Shown piece by piece: positions 30,709-39,214 of a stretch of 64,000 bases of DNA. Under the pieces are notes generated by a model, which saw only the letters and a program-made list of their open reading frames with translations, was not told where the DNA came from and did not search any database. The stretch comes from an uncultured Methylomirabilota bacterium (lineage in GTDB: Bacteria; Methylomirabilota; Methylomirabilia; Methylomirabilales; 2-02-FULL-66-22), in NCBI GenBank assembly GCA_963845565.1, contig CAWJSJ010000002.1, positions 512,001 through 576,000 of the forward strand. The letters run 5' to 3'. Made by a program: the position numbers and the translations under genes. Positions within the stretch are counted from its first letter, which is position 1, and every line of letters starts with the position of its first letter.

Positions 30709-31686
30709 TCAGGTATGCGAGGATGGGGGCACGGGGCCGGGCGTTTTTCGGGTGATCCAGAGACTGGCGACCATCGACAGCGCCAGGACAATACCCACCA
30801 CCGAGAGCGCGAAACCCACGGGGATCTTGTAGATGTCGATCAGCAGCATCTTGATGCCGATGAACACCAAGATGAAGGCGATGCCGTACTTCAGGAGGTG
30901 GAAGCGGTCCGCGAGATCGACCAACATGAAGTAGAGGGCTCGCAGCCCCAGGACCGCGAACACGTTCGAGGTCAGCACGACGAAAGGATCGAGGGTCACC
31001 GCGAAGATCGCCGGAATGCTGTCCACGGCGAAGATCACGTCGGTGATGCCGATCATCGCCACCACCACGAAGAGCGGCGTGAACCAGCGCTGGCCATTCT
31101 GGACGATCGAGAATCGCTCGCCGTGATACTCGCTCGTGACGCGCAGATGCCCGCGTATCCACTTGAGGAGTGGATTGGAGTTTAAATCCGTTTCGGCCTC
31201 GGCGAACATCAGCATCTTCACGCCGGTGAACAGGAGGAACGCGCCGAACAGATAGAGGATCCAGTGGAACTTGGCGATCAGGATGGCGCCGATGAAGATC
31301 ATGATGCCGCGCAAGACGATCGCCCCGATCACGCCGATGATGAGCACGCGCCGCTGCATAGCCGGGGCCACGCCAAAGAACGTGAACAGCATCAGGAACA
31401 CGAAGAGGTTGTCGACGGCCAGCGCCTTTTCCAGCAGGTAGCCGGTGAAGAACTCTGCCGCGGTTTCGTTGGCCACCTCTCGCCCAAACCTGCCGTCGAG
31501 ATACCACCAGAGCGCAGCATTAAAGATCAGCGCCAGCGCGACCCACAGGATCGACCAGAGCAGTGCCTGGCGGAACGAGACCTGCTCGTCCTTCTTGCCG
31601 CCCAAGACCAGCAAGTCCACGACGACCGCCAGGCTCACCAGGAGCGCGAATCCTGCGTACCAGTACCAGGTGCCTACGGACTCCAT
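30709..31686 (-). CDS. TerC/Alx family membrane protein (second copy)
   Basis: EKALAVDNLFVF, TDVIFAVDSIPAI, SNVFAVLGLRALYF. Confidence 0.93.
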   Translation of the reverse strand: MESVGTWYWYAGFALLVSLAVVVDLLVLGGKKDEQVSFRQALLWSILWVALALIFNAALWWYLDGRFGREVANETAAEFFTGYLLEKALAVDNLFVFLMLFTFFGVAPAMQRRVLIIGVIGAIVLRGIMIFIGAILIAKFHWILYLFGAFLLFTGVKMLMFAEAETDLNSNPLLKWIRGHLRVTSEYHGERFSIVQNGQRWFTPLFVVVAMIGITDVIFAVDSIPAIFAVTLDPFVVLTSNVFAVLGLRALYFMLVDLADRFHLLKYGIAFILVFIGIKMLLIDIYKIPVGFALSVVGIVLALSMVASLWITRKTPGPVPPSSHT

Positions 31687-31849
31687 GGCGTCTCCCCTCT
31701 ATACCGAGACACAGCGGTGAATCGATGCGTTTCGCGCGTCGGGCCTGGGCACTCGGAGAGCTCCCAGGCCGCACACGCAGTCGCGGCGGGACGGATCCGC
31801 GGGTCAAGCTTATCCCATTGGATGGATGAAAGGCAATCGCACGAATCGC

Positions 31850-32540
31850 GACATCTAGAATGTTACCGAGAGATCCATCGTCGCGCCATTTGAGATGTTA
31901 CCCCCCCCAGGCAGCCATGGAAGGAGGGTAACGACCATGAGTCGACAAGGGAGATGGGAATACTTGAAAGCGATCTACCCGCGCTACCGGCCGTCCGGGC
32001 GAACCGAGAAGCAGCGCATCCTCGATGAGTTCTGTCGGGTGACCGGCTACCACCGGAAGTCGGCCCTGCGCCTCCCCAACGGCCCCCGCCCGCCCGGCGC
32101 CCCCGGTGCCCCGGCTGCGGCCGCCGACCTGCGGGATTCGGGTGATCCAGGTGCTGGCCGCCATCTGGCGGGCCGCCGGGTATCCCTCGTCGGTCCGCCT
32201 CAAAGCGCTGCTCCCCCTCTGGCTCCCGTGGGCGCGCCCCCGCTTCCGGCTCAGCCCGGCGGTCGAGGCGCAGTTGCGCCGCCTGAGTCCCCGCCAGATG
32301 GACCGACGGCTTGCGGCCTACCGGCGGCCCAGCCAGACCGGGCGCTACGGGCGCACGAAGCCGGGGGCGCTCCTGAAGCATCACATTCCGCTGCGAACCG
32401 ATCGGTGGGACGTCACCGTCCCCGGCTTCACCGAGATCGACCTGGTGGCCCACTGCGGCGACTCGGGCGACGGGAAGTTCGCGCACTCCCTGAACCTCAC
32501 GGACATCCACACCACCTGGGTGGAGACGCGGGCGGCCACT
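31850..32540 (+). mobile_element. Truncated, frameshifted integrase-core (ISNCY-like) transposase remnant
   Basis: YLKAIYPRY…EKQRILDEFCRVTGYHRK; TKPGALLKHHIP…PGFTEIDLVAHCG…TDIHTTW; repeated ATGTTACC upstream. Confidence 0.8.
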
Positions 32541-32788
32541 GGTGACTTTCCTCCGTTTGGCGAGCCGACGTGCACTTCGAAACCGGCCTTGCTGAACACT
32601 TGATAGGGATCGGTGTATTCGGACGCCCAGACACCCGTCGGCCGGTCGCTGCCGGGTACCCGCGCGGTGTTCGTCAGGACGATCAACACCCGCTTGGGCA
32701 GCGGGTCGGCGTTCGCGGAACCGCCGAGCACGAACATCGTGATCAATAACGCCAAAGGCAGGATCCGCATGTTTCCCTCGATGGACAT
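32535..32788 (-). pseudogene. DJ-1/PfpI (Hsp31-like) protein N-terminal fragment with signal peptide
   Basis: RVLIVLTN…TGVWASEYTDPYQVF…GSPNGGKSPV, then joins transposase remnant. Confidence 0.75.
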
Positions 32789-32971
32789 GTCACGCGTGTT
32801 GAGTTGCTTACCAATTGACCGGTGGGCACCGAAGTGTCACGTCCGGCGCCGCCCACCCGGGCTCGACGTCCCCCGCCGCCGAATCACAGCCTGCTCACCA
32901 GTTGGCACCTCGTTACGATCCCCTTGCGGGAAGAGCTGGTAGAGAGGCTCGGCGTTCAACGGAGGAGAGGA

Positions 32972-33298
32972 CTATTGCCTACGGTCTCTGCGGCCCAAGT
33001 ACACGAGGAGCGCGGCCACCGTCAAGCTCAAGGCGCCGATCGACCCCGCAGGCATCCAGTCCCGGCTCTGCCAGAACGTGTTGCCGAAGTAGACCGTCAG
33101 GGCGGTGGCGATGCCCACCGCGCCGTACCAGCCCCACCGACTGCCATGGAACATTCCCCACGCGGAGGCGAGAGCGGCCAGCCCTGCGAGACCGCCCATC
33201 ACAATGGATGCGAGGCTCCCCTGAGTGGCGTATCCAATGACGCCGCCTACCAGGAGCAGTCCGCCGTAAATTGCACCAACCGTCGCCGCAGTCTTCAT
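32972..33298 (-). CDS. TMEM14 family membrane protein
   Basis: YGGLLLVGGVIGY..QGSLASI, MPAG motif. Confidence 0.8.
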   Translation of the reverse strand: MKTAATVGAIYGGLLLVGGVIGYATQGSLASIVMGGLAGLAALASAWGMFHGSRWGWYGAVGIATALTVYFGNTFWQSRDWMPAGSIGALSLTVAALLVYLGRRDRRQ

Positions 33299-33367
33299 GG
33301 TGTCCTCCTCTGAACAGAATAATCCGGGCTAGGGCCCGTGTGCGGCCGACCCGCTATTCCTTTGCCG

Positions 33368-33550
33368 CTATTCGGTCGCCTGGGTGGGGCGGGCGAAATG
33401 CCGATATAAGTACTCCGCTTGGAGCGGAGTCAGATGGAATCGCATTCCCGCCTGATCGATCAACGCTGATCGGTCGGACTTCGGATTCGCCTTCAGTTCC
33501 CCCGCGATCCAATCCACCGCCTTCTGCACACCCGTCTCAAGCGTAACCAT
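33368..33550 (-). CDS. Small helical hypothetical protein
   Basis: RBS GGAGG; VQKAVDWI…LIDQAGMRFHLTPLQAEYL. Confidence 0.7.
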   Translation of the reverse strand: MVTLETGVQKAVDWIAGELKANPKSDRSALIDQAGMRFHLTPLQAEYLYRHFARPTQATE

Positions 33551-33704
33551 TGTCGCCTCCGCGCGCCCGATCGAACGCCGACCGGGTCAGACGTGACTTT
33601 GTGTTTGCGTCCCGCGTTATCGCATCGCGCTCCAATCGCTGCCGATTGACATGCCGTGGCCCGCAGGTCGGCGGGGATAGGGCGGAACGCTCGACGCAGC
33701 GTGG

Positions 33705-34145
33705 TCAGTCCGCCGTCAATGCGGCCTCGGGCGTCCGCCGGACCGTGAGGGTGTCCGCTTTGTGCTGGTGTTCCAGCCGTTCCGCGCACGGCACGCAGTG
33801 GATCGCCTCCGGCAGGGCAGTCAGGCGGCCGGCGGGGATCGGTTTTCCGCAAAGGTCGCAGACACCGTATGTCCCCTCTCGCACCTTGTCCTTCGCCCTC
33901 GACAGCGCCCTCAGGCGGCCCAACAAGATCTCGCGCGAGGCGAGGACCTCCGTCTTGGCCAACCCGTCCTGCATCTCCTCCAGTGCGTCCGCCCAGGGGG
34001 TGTTGTCGCCGGTCTCCTGGCCTCGCTCGCGGAGGCCGCTCCGGCGATCGAGCGCCAACAACCGCTGGCGCGTCTGTCGTGCGTCGCCGTCGAATCGCCC
34101 GGCCGACGGGCTGCTGGGATGGGCCGCATGACTCTTGCCAAGCAT
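33705..34145 (-). CDS. TraR/DksA C4-type zinc finger protein
   Basis: GTYGVCDLCGKPIPAGRLTALPEAIHCVPC; coiled-coil tip ADALEE; RBS GAGAGGAG. Confidence 0.88.
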   Translation of the reverse strand: MLGKSHAAHPSSPSAGRFDGDARQTRQRLLALDRRSGLRERGQETGDNTPWADALEEMQDGLAKTEVLASREILLGRLRALSRAKDKVREGTYGVCDLCGKPIPAGRLTALPEAIHCVPCAERLEHQHKADTLTVRRTPEAALTAD

Positions 34146-34176
34146 GGTGCGCACTCCTCTCCGGGGGCCAGCCCCC

Positions 34177-34213
34177 AAAAACAAGAACCTCTGGCGCCCG
34201 ATGGCGTCAGAGG
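34177..34213 (-). terminator. Intrinsic terminator forming the expression platform of riboswitch 2
   Basis: CCUCUGACGCC-AUCG-GGCGCCAGAGG then UUCUUGUUUUU; overlaps P1. Confidence 0.7.
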
Positions 34214-34314
34214 TCTCGATCCGCGGAATCGTGATGATCCGCCGGTGGGCCGGATCGCCTTCACGGGCGATCGTCCTGACGGCCACACCGCATGTTGCCT
34301 GATCTACTCCCCTC
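34210..34314 (-). ncRNA. yybP-ykoY (Mn2+) riboswitch 2, upstream of dksA/traR-like gene
   Basis: GAGG-GGAGUA-GAUC…GGCCG-UCAGGAC-GAUCGCC…GGCGAUC-CGGCC…GAUC-GAGA-CCUC. Confidence 0.82.
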
Positions 34315-34324
34315 GTCCATAGTA

Positions 34325-34372
34325 ACGTTACTACGGGGAGGGTCCGGTGTCAAGTTAAAATGCGAATATTCG
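34325..34372 (-). promoter_or_regulatory. sigma70 promoter and operator-like motif
   Basis: TTGACA-N17-TAACGT (34353-34325); ATGCGAATAT at 34360-34369 also present at 29752-29761. Confidence 0.65.
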
Positions 34373-34529
34373 AAGATATATAACGAGTGTCCGTACCACC
34401 TAGAGACACCCCGTTCGCCCTACTCTGTTCCGCCCGCATCGTGCGCATGGGACGAGGGGCTTCGCGTCCTTGACAGGACGGGGCCGGCGGCCTAGTGTAA
34501 TCGAAATAGCGCTCCGAGGAGGTGCCGCC

Positions 34530-35267
34530 ATGCCGTTACTCGACGCCGCCATCAACCATTTCGAGACCGTGCAGCGGGCACTGCGCCTCTCCCCGCCGCT
34601 CCGGCGGGCGGGGGGGGTCGCCTTTCTTCTCTTGGTGGGGTGTTTTCAGTACCTGGCGTTACCCCAGCTGGCCAAGACCCCGCTCTACCTTCTCGCCCTG
34701 ATCCCCATCGCGTTTCTCGAGCCCCTCCCCATCGCCACAGCCTTTTCCGTCCTCGCGGCGGCCATCTCCTTCGGCGCGGAGGTGCTCGCCGATCCTGGTT
34801 GCGTTGCGCTGGTGTTCCCGTATTGGTCGGCCTTGGCGCGATTGATCGGCTTTGGTCTCGTCACCACGGCGATCTCCATGGCCGTCGGTGAGCATGACCG
34901 GGTCCGCCTGTCTGAGCGGGCGCTTCAAGAGAAGGTCCGAGAGCTGGAGCACGCGAACCGCGCCCTCGAAGAGAGCATGCGGGAACTCCACAGGCTGCAA
35001 GAGACGCTCGCGGCGAAGGAGCGGCGGGTCGTCGTTGCCGAAGCGGCCCAGGCGGCGACCTACGAAATAGAGCGGCCCCTGATGTCCATGTCGGTGTTCA
35101 GCGAAGAGTTGCTGCGATTGGCCGAGCCGGACGCGAACATTCATCCCCTCGCCGAGAAGATCTCGGAGCGAGTCGAGGATATGGAGCGGATTCTGAAAGG
35201 CGTGCGAGAGGCCCGGAAGGCCACGGATTCACCCGCAGGCCCCCCGCCCTCGGATAAAACCGCGTAG
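34530..35267 (+). CDS. Membrane protein with coiled coil and His-less DHp-like C-terminus (paralog B)
   Basis: RBS GAGGAGG; FPYW, coiled coil, TYEIERPLMSMSVFSEEL; no HATPase domain. Confidence 0.78.
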   Translation: MPLLDAAINHFETVQRALRLSPPLRRAGGVAFLLLVGCFQYLALPQLAKTPLYLLALIPIAFLEPLPIATAFSVLAAAISFGAEVLADPGCVALVFPYWSALARLIGFGLVTTAISMAVGEHDRVRLSERALQEKVRELEHANRALEESMRELHRLQETLAAKERRVVVAEAAQAATYEIERPLMSMSVFSEELLRLAEPDANIHPLAEKISERVEDMERILKGVREARKATDSPAGPPPSDKTA

Positions 35268-35430
35268 ACCGGCTGAAGGGCCCGAGCAATTCCAGGAGGC
35301 GACGCGAATCACGCGGATTCAGGCGGGCGCTTCGGTCCGTATTTCGACCAGGAATGTGCGTCGTATCGCGGGCGATCCCTCAACATGGCCGCCCATTCCG
35401 CCGCGACGCGTTCCCTTTCTTGCCTTGCCT

Positions 35431-36558
35431 TCATTCTCTCGTGCTGTCCGGATCAATCCCTGCGCTCTTGCACCAGTCGCGATAGGCGAACGGCGAAATC
35501 TCGGACGGCTTGATCTCGCTGCGGCCGCCCCAGAAGACGTTGGTATAGCCGACAGGGATGCCGGCGTCGGCGAGGTGTTGGTCGATGGCGGCCTTGTGGG
35601 CCAGCAGGAGCTGCTTATCGGTTCCGTGGGCGACACCCATGATGTTCACGTGGTGAAACTCGGGGCCGCCCTCGCGCCAGTAGGCGTGCGTCATGATGTG
35701 GTGCCGACCCACTTCCCGGCCGGCGTCCAGCTCGCGGCCCGGCGGCACCGCCCAGTGAAACAGCGCATTGAAGCGGGTCACACGCTCGCCCCCTGCCGAG
35801 GCCTTGACGTGCTCCAAAAAGGTCGAGAAGCGGCCGATGATCTTGCGGTTGTTGAAGTCCCCGGCGATCGCGAAGAACGTCTCCAGCGGCACCCCCGCTT
35901 CTTTGGCGCGCGCCTCCCAGAGCTGCGGAGCGATTTCCTCCGGGGAAAACTCGCGCTTCAGCGCCACCAGGGCGCGCCACTCCGGCTCGTTCAGCGTGAC
36001 GATGGTCACGTCGGTGACATCGGCCGGCACCTCCGCACGGCTGCCCGGCTCCAGCCCACGCCGCCGCACGTGGCCGACGCCCAGCGTGAACAGCTTCTTC
36101 GCGGGCAACAGGAGAAACCTCTCCGCGCCCGTCTGCCGCGCGAGCACCTCGCAGTGCTGGGTCATCGAGAAGCCTTGCGGGACCTTCAGCGTCGTCCAAA
36201 GCCGGTACTTGGCCCCGGTGGCGGCGACATCGGTGGTGCGGATCACCACATGCCCGCTGAACGGGTCACGCTGAAACATGTAATCGAAGGCCGCGTCCAG
36301 CTTGGCCTGCGGCACCTGCCACGCCACGAGCGCGCCCTGCGCGAGGTTGGTGGCCAGCAGCGTCTGCCGCACCCGGCGGATCGTCCCCGCCCGCAGCATC
36401 GCCCGGATGCGCGCGGTCACCTCCGACACCTCCACCCCCGATTGCCGGGAGATCTCCCCCAGCGGATCGCGCTGGAACCCCTCGAGCCGATCCTCGGATA
36501 CGGCGAGGATCCTGGCGTTGATCGGATCGGTGAAAGTCGTCGGGATGGCGTTCGTCAT
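35431..36558 (-). CDS. Lrp/AsnC-like duplicated-domain protein (siroheme decarboxylase AhbAB/NirDLGH-like)
   Basis: GTIRRV…ALVAWQVP and IIGRF…NALFHWAVP…THAYWR halves; start uncertain. Confidence 0.7.
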   Translation of the reverse strand: MTNAIPTTFTDPINARILAVSEDRLEGFQRDPLGEISRQSGVEVSEVTARIRAMLRAGTIRRVRQTLLATNLAQGALVAWQVPQAKLDAAFDYMFQRDPFSGHVVIRTTDVAATGAKYRLWTTLKVPQGFSMTQHCEVLARQTGAERFLLLPAKKLFTLGVGHVRRRGLEPGSRAEVPADVTDVTIVTLNEPEWRALVALKREFSPEEIAPQLWEARAKEAGVPLETFFAIAGDFNNRKIIGRFSTFLEHVKASAGGERVTRFNALFHWAVPPGRELDAGREVGRHHIMTHAYWREGGPEFHHVNIMGVAHGTDKQLLLAHKAAIDQHLADAGIPVGYTNVFWGGRSEIKPSEISPFAYRDWCKSAGIDPDSTRE

Positions 36559-36659
36559 GCGCGGCGTGCTCCCCATTCGCGTGCGGCCCTTGTGACACCC
36601 TGGACGCAGGTTTTCTCCCTTCCGCAACCGCTCTTCGCCCCCACCCCTAATCTATCCTG

Positions 36660-36707
36660 TTAGGAGCCGTTGCGAAATAACTTGCCCATATTTTGTAATT
36701 TCGTGCG
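36660..36707. mobile_element. Degenerate copy 4 of MITE-like inverted-repeat element
   Basis: TTAGGAGCCGTTGCGAAATAA…TTGTAATTTCGT, similar to 9844-9895. Confidence 0.65.
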
Positions 36708-36893
36708 GAAGATCCGCCATCGGTCAGGGAACGATCCGGCGCCTTCCCGGCGAAGGGGCCGGGCGGCGTCCGTTGTTGGGTATGCGCAGAGCGATCCCCC
36801 AGACGACGGCCCGAAGGCTGTCCCGTGGGCGAGGTTTTCGGTGCGGTCGACGGTTACAGTGAAACGGAGGCGGGTTCGTCTACTGGAAGGAGA

Positions 36894-36940
36894 TGGTGGG
36901 CAGGGGCAGAATTGAACTGCCGACACCAGGATTTTCAGTC
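36894..36940 (-). repeat. att site: exact duplicate of the 3' 47 nt of tRNA-Phe
   Basis: TGGTGGGCAGGGGCAGAATTGAACTGCCGACACCAGGATTTTCAGTC identical to 47846-47892. Confidence 0.93.
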
Positions 36941-37335
36941 GGCCCGAGTCGGATGATGCGGGAGAGTGATAGAGAGAGATCAGACGTGCTAGACGCTGAC
37001 GGGAAAAGGAGTTACACAGATTCCAAGGGAGGACGAGCGTAGCTGGAGTGTGACCTAACGCGATGGTCAAGTGGCACTTTTAGTGGCACCAGCAACGGTA
37101 CCAGAATTCCGGTCGGAGCCAATTGTGGTTAGCGAGTGGTTGAGGGCGCACAGCAAGGCAATACCCGCCCCGTGCCCCAAAGGGGAAGTCTCCATCCGGT
37201 TGGAGATGTTTCCTGGTTTGCGCCACGCCTGGGGTGTCCGGCAATTCGAGTGGCCCCAGCGAACAACTCCACTACCCGCCTGCGGCCCGCCACACCCCTC
37301 CCCAGAATGCCCAACACCGTGACGCCGACCGCGTC

Positions 37336-37677
37336 TCACCCCCGGAACGCGTTGATCAGGCGGTGGAGGGGGTTCGTGAGTCCAGACGGGCGATTGAGCA
37401 GCCCAGGCTTCTTCGTGTCGAGGTACTTCTTGCCGGCCTCGAATTTCTGCGTCACGCCTCGTCGCAGGTCCTCGAGTCTTTCGGTCACGTCGTCATACAC
37501 CTCGGCCGCCTGATCTTTGACGTCCTCCGCCGTACGGAGGAGTTGCCGCCGGGTGCGCTCGCCCGATCGGGGTGCCGTGAGGAGTCCCACCGCTGCGCCC
37601 ATCACGACGCCCCCCAGCAGGAGGAGCACGCCTCGCCCCCCGTGGTTCATCTCCGACCGCTCCGCTACGTGTCGCAT
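37336..37677 (-). CDS. YtxH domain-containing protein
   Basis: GGVVMGAAVGLLTAPRSGERTRRQL; RBS AAGGAGG. Confidence 0.85.
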   Translation of the reverse strand: MRHVAERSEMNHGGRGVLLLLGGVVMGAAVGLLTAPRSGERTRRQLLRTAEDVKDQAAEVYDDVTERLEDLRRGVTQKFEAGKKYLDTKKPGLLNRPSGLTNPLHRLINAFRG

Positions 37678-38189
37678 ATCCCCAGCCTCCTTTCGCTGCC
37701 CGACAGCCATTGCCAGTTCGTCGCTGGCTGCCCGACCCTGGTCCGTATGGGTCCGCGGCATTCCTGCCGCAGGCTCCTTTAGCTTGTCCGTCCCGCACCA
37801 CCCGCCGGGAGGACTGGCCGGACCGGACCAACTCAAAACCCCGGCGCCCGGGGGCTGCGCCACCGGTGAGGGGGAATTATTCGACACCCTGCCCGCGGCT
37901 GTCAAGGAAAAAGGAGTAGACACATCCTGTATTGGGACCGGGCAGCGGCAGGTGCTCCCGACCACTCGCGCAACCGAACGTGGTGGATTTGGCCTGCGGT
38001 CCCTTTGACTTCGCCAGCGATCTGGTTGACCCGCCTGCCGGGCGCGTTTTGGCGAATCAGTTGTCCGGTGGAGTCGGCGGGATTCGGGTCTGTGTGACTT
38101 TTGGATTTACCCCCTCAGATTATCAAGCGTCGATTGTCCAGATCACCATCATGGCTTTAATGGCGTGATGTTATCTCCTATTTGTGGTG

Positions 38190-38219
38190 ACGATACATGA
38201 TTTAATCACAATGTATCGT
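38190..38219. promoter_or_regulatory. Nested inverted repeat (operator or recombination-site-like)
   Basis: ACGATACAT-N12-ATGTATCGT with inner TGATT-T-AATCA. Confidence 0.5.
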
Positions 38220-38453
38220 AACCGGACATGCCTACCATTAGTCCATCCAGAATGCAGGGGTAGAGGCCGAACTCTGGGCGTCTGAATCTGTCTCGCTGAT
38301 CGCCCTGGTCGCTGCCGGTCTTTCGCGGGGAGACAGCTTGAGGCTCTTCCTTACGACTGTCCTGTACTCCCCTGCGTTCTAAAGGAGGCCAAGGGCTGCC
38401 TTTCGGGAGCCGACGCTTGCGGCAGTTGCCGGCAACGAGCCAGCGGTGCCGCC

Positions 38454-39085
38454 ATGGATGGTGTGGAAAAACTGCTTGATTCGAATGCCACAAGCAGCCG
38501 CTTTGTTTATCTACAGTTGGCTCGCCGCTTCGTATCGCGCCTTGCGACGATACAGCCATCAATGCTATCCTATCGTCATGCAGACCACGGCGAGGCAGCA
38601 GCTGGCGATCCACAAGGGGCAGGCGGTGGCCCTCTGCTGGCTGCTGCAACAGCCAGTCGGGTCGGGCGGAGACTTACTCGCGGGGCTCACGCGGACGCTG
38701 GCCTTCAGCAGGCCGCTGAGCGGGACAGAATGGTCCGCCATGCCACCCGTGGCCCCGGGATCGGGAGACGCAGGCCTTTCACCGGCGGGTGCTGCGGCTC
38801 TTCCGCCAGGGCCTCGCGATTCGCTGTCCGGTGGTGGCGAACGTATCGCCAACCGCCCGCGGGCTGAAGGTCGAACGACGCGGCGACTCGAAGGCGCAGG
38901 ATCAGGGCCTGCTCCAACTGCTGGAGGCCCGAGGCGACCGCCTGCGCCGCTGTCGGCACTGCGGGGCGTGGTTCTGGCGGGAGCGCAAGCGAGAGTATTG
39001 CCAGCCCTGCTTCCAGTCGGGCACGGCCCGCAGCAAGGTCCACCGGGCGAAGGCGAAGGCGGCGCAGGGGCGGACGCTGGCGTAA
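38454..39085 (+). pseudogene. Frameshifted protein with C-terminal CGNR-like zinc finger
   Basis: RLRRCRHCGAWFW…REYCQPC…RSKVHR in last frame; upstream part in other frames. Confidence 0.5.
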
Positions 39086-39214
39086 CACGTTTCAGTCGTC
39101 CACGACCAGGCGGCACGCGCGGCGCGGCGGAAGTGGAGGGGTGAACGGAGCGGGGCGAGCCACGGGCACGCGGCGCGGCCCGCCAGACGGTCATGCCGTG
39201 AGGTGCGCGCGGGG

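Noticed and set aside
31690..31860. Third yybP-ykoY riboswitch upstream of the second terC
   Set aside because: Hairpins present but no GGGAGUA/GAGAC core found.
36894..36940. Second tRNA-Phe gene
   Set aside because: Only the 3' 47 nt are present; it is an att duplication.
37195..37260. Possible IS3-like terminal repeat GGTGTCCGGCAATTCGAGTGGCCCCA
   Set aside because: No partner end or transposase; resemblance too weak to call.
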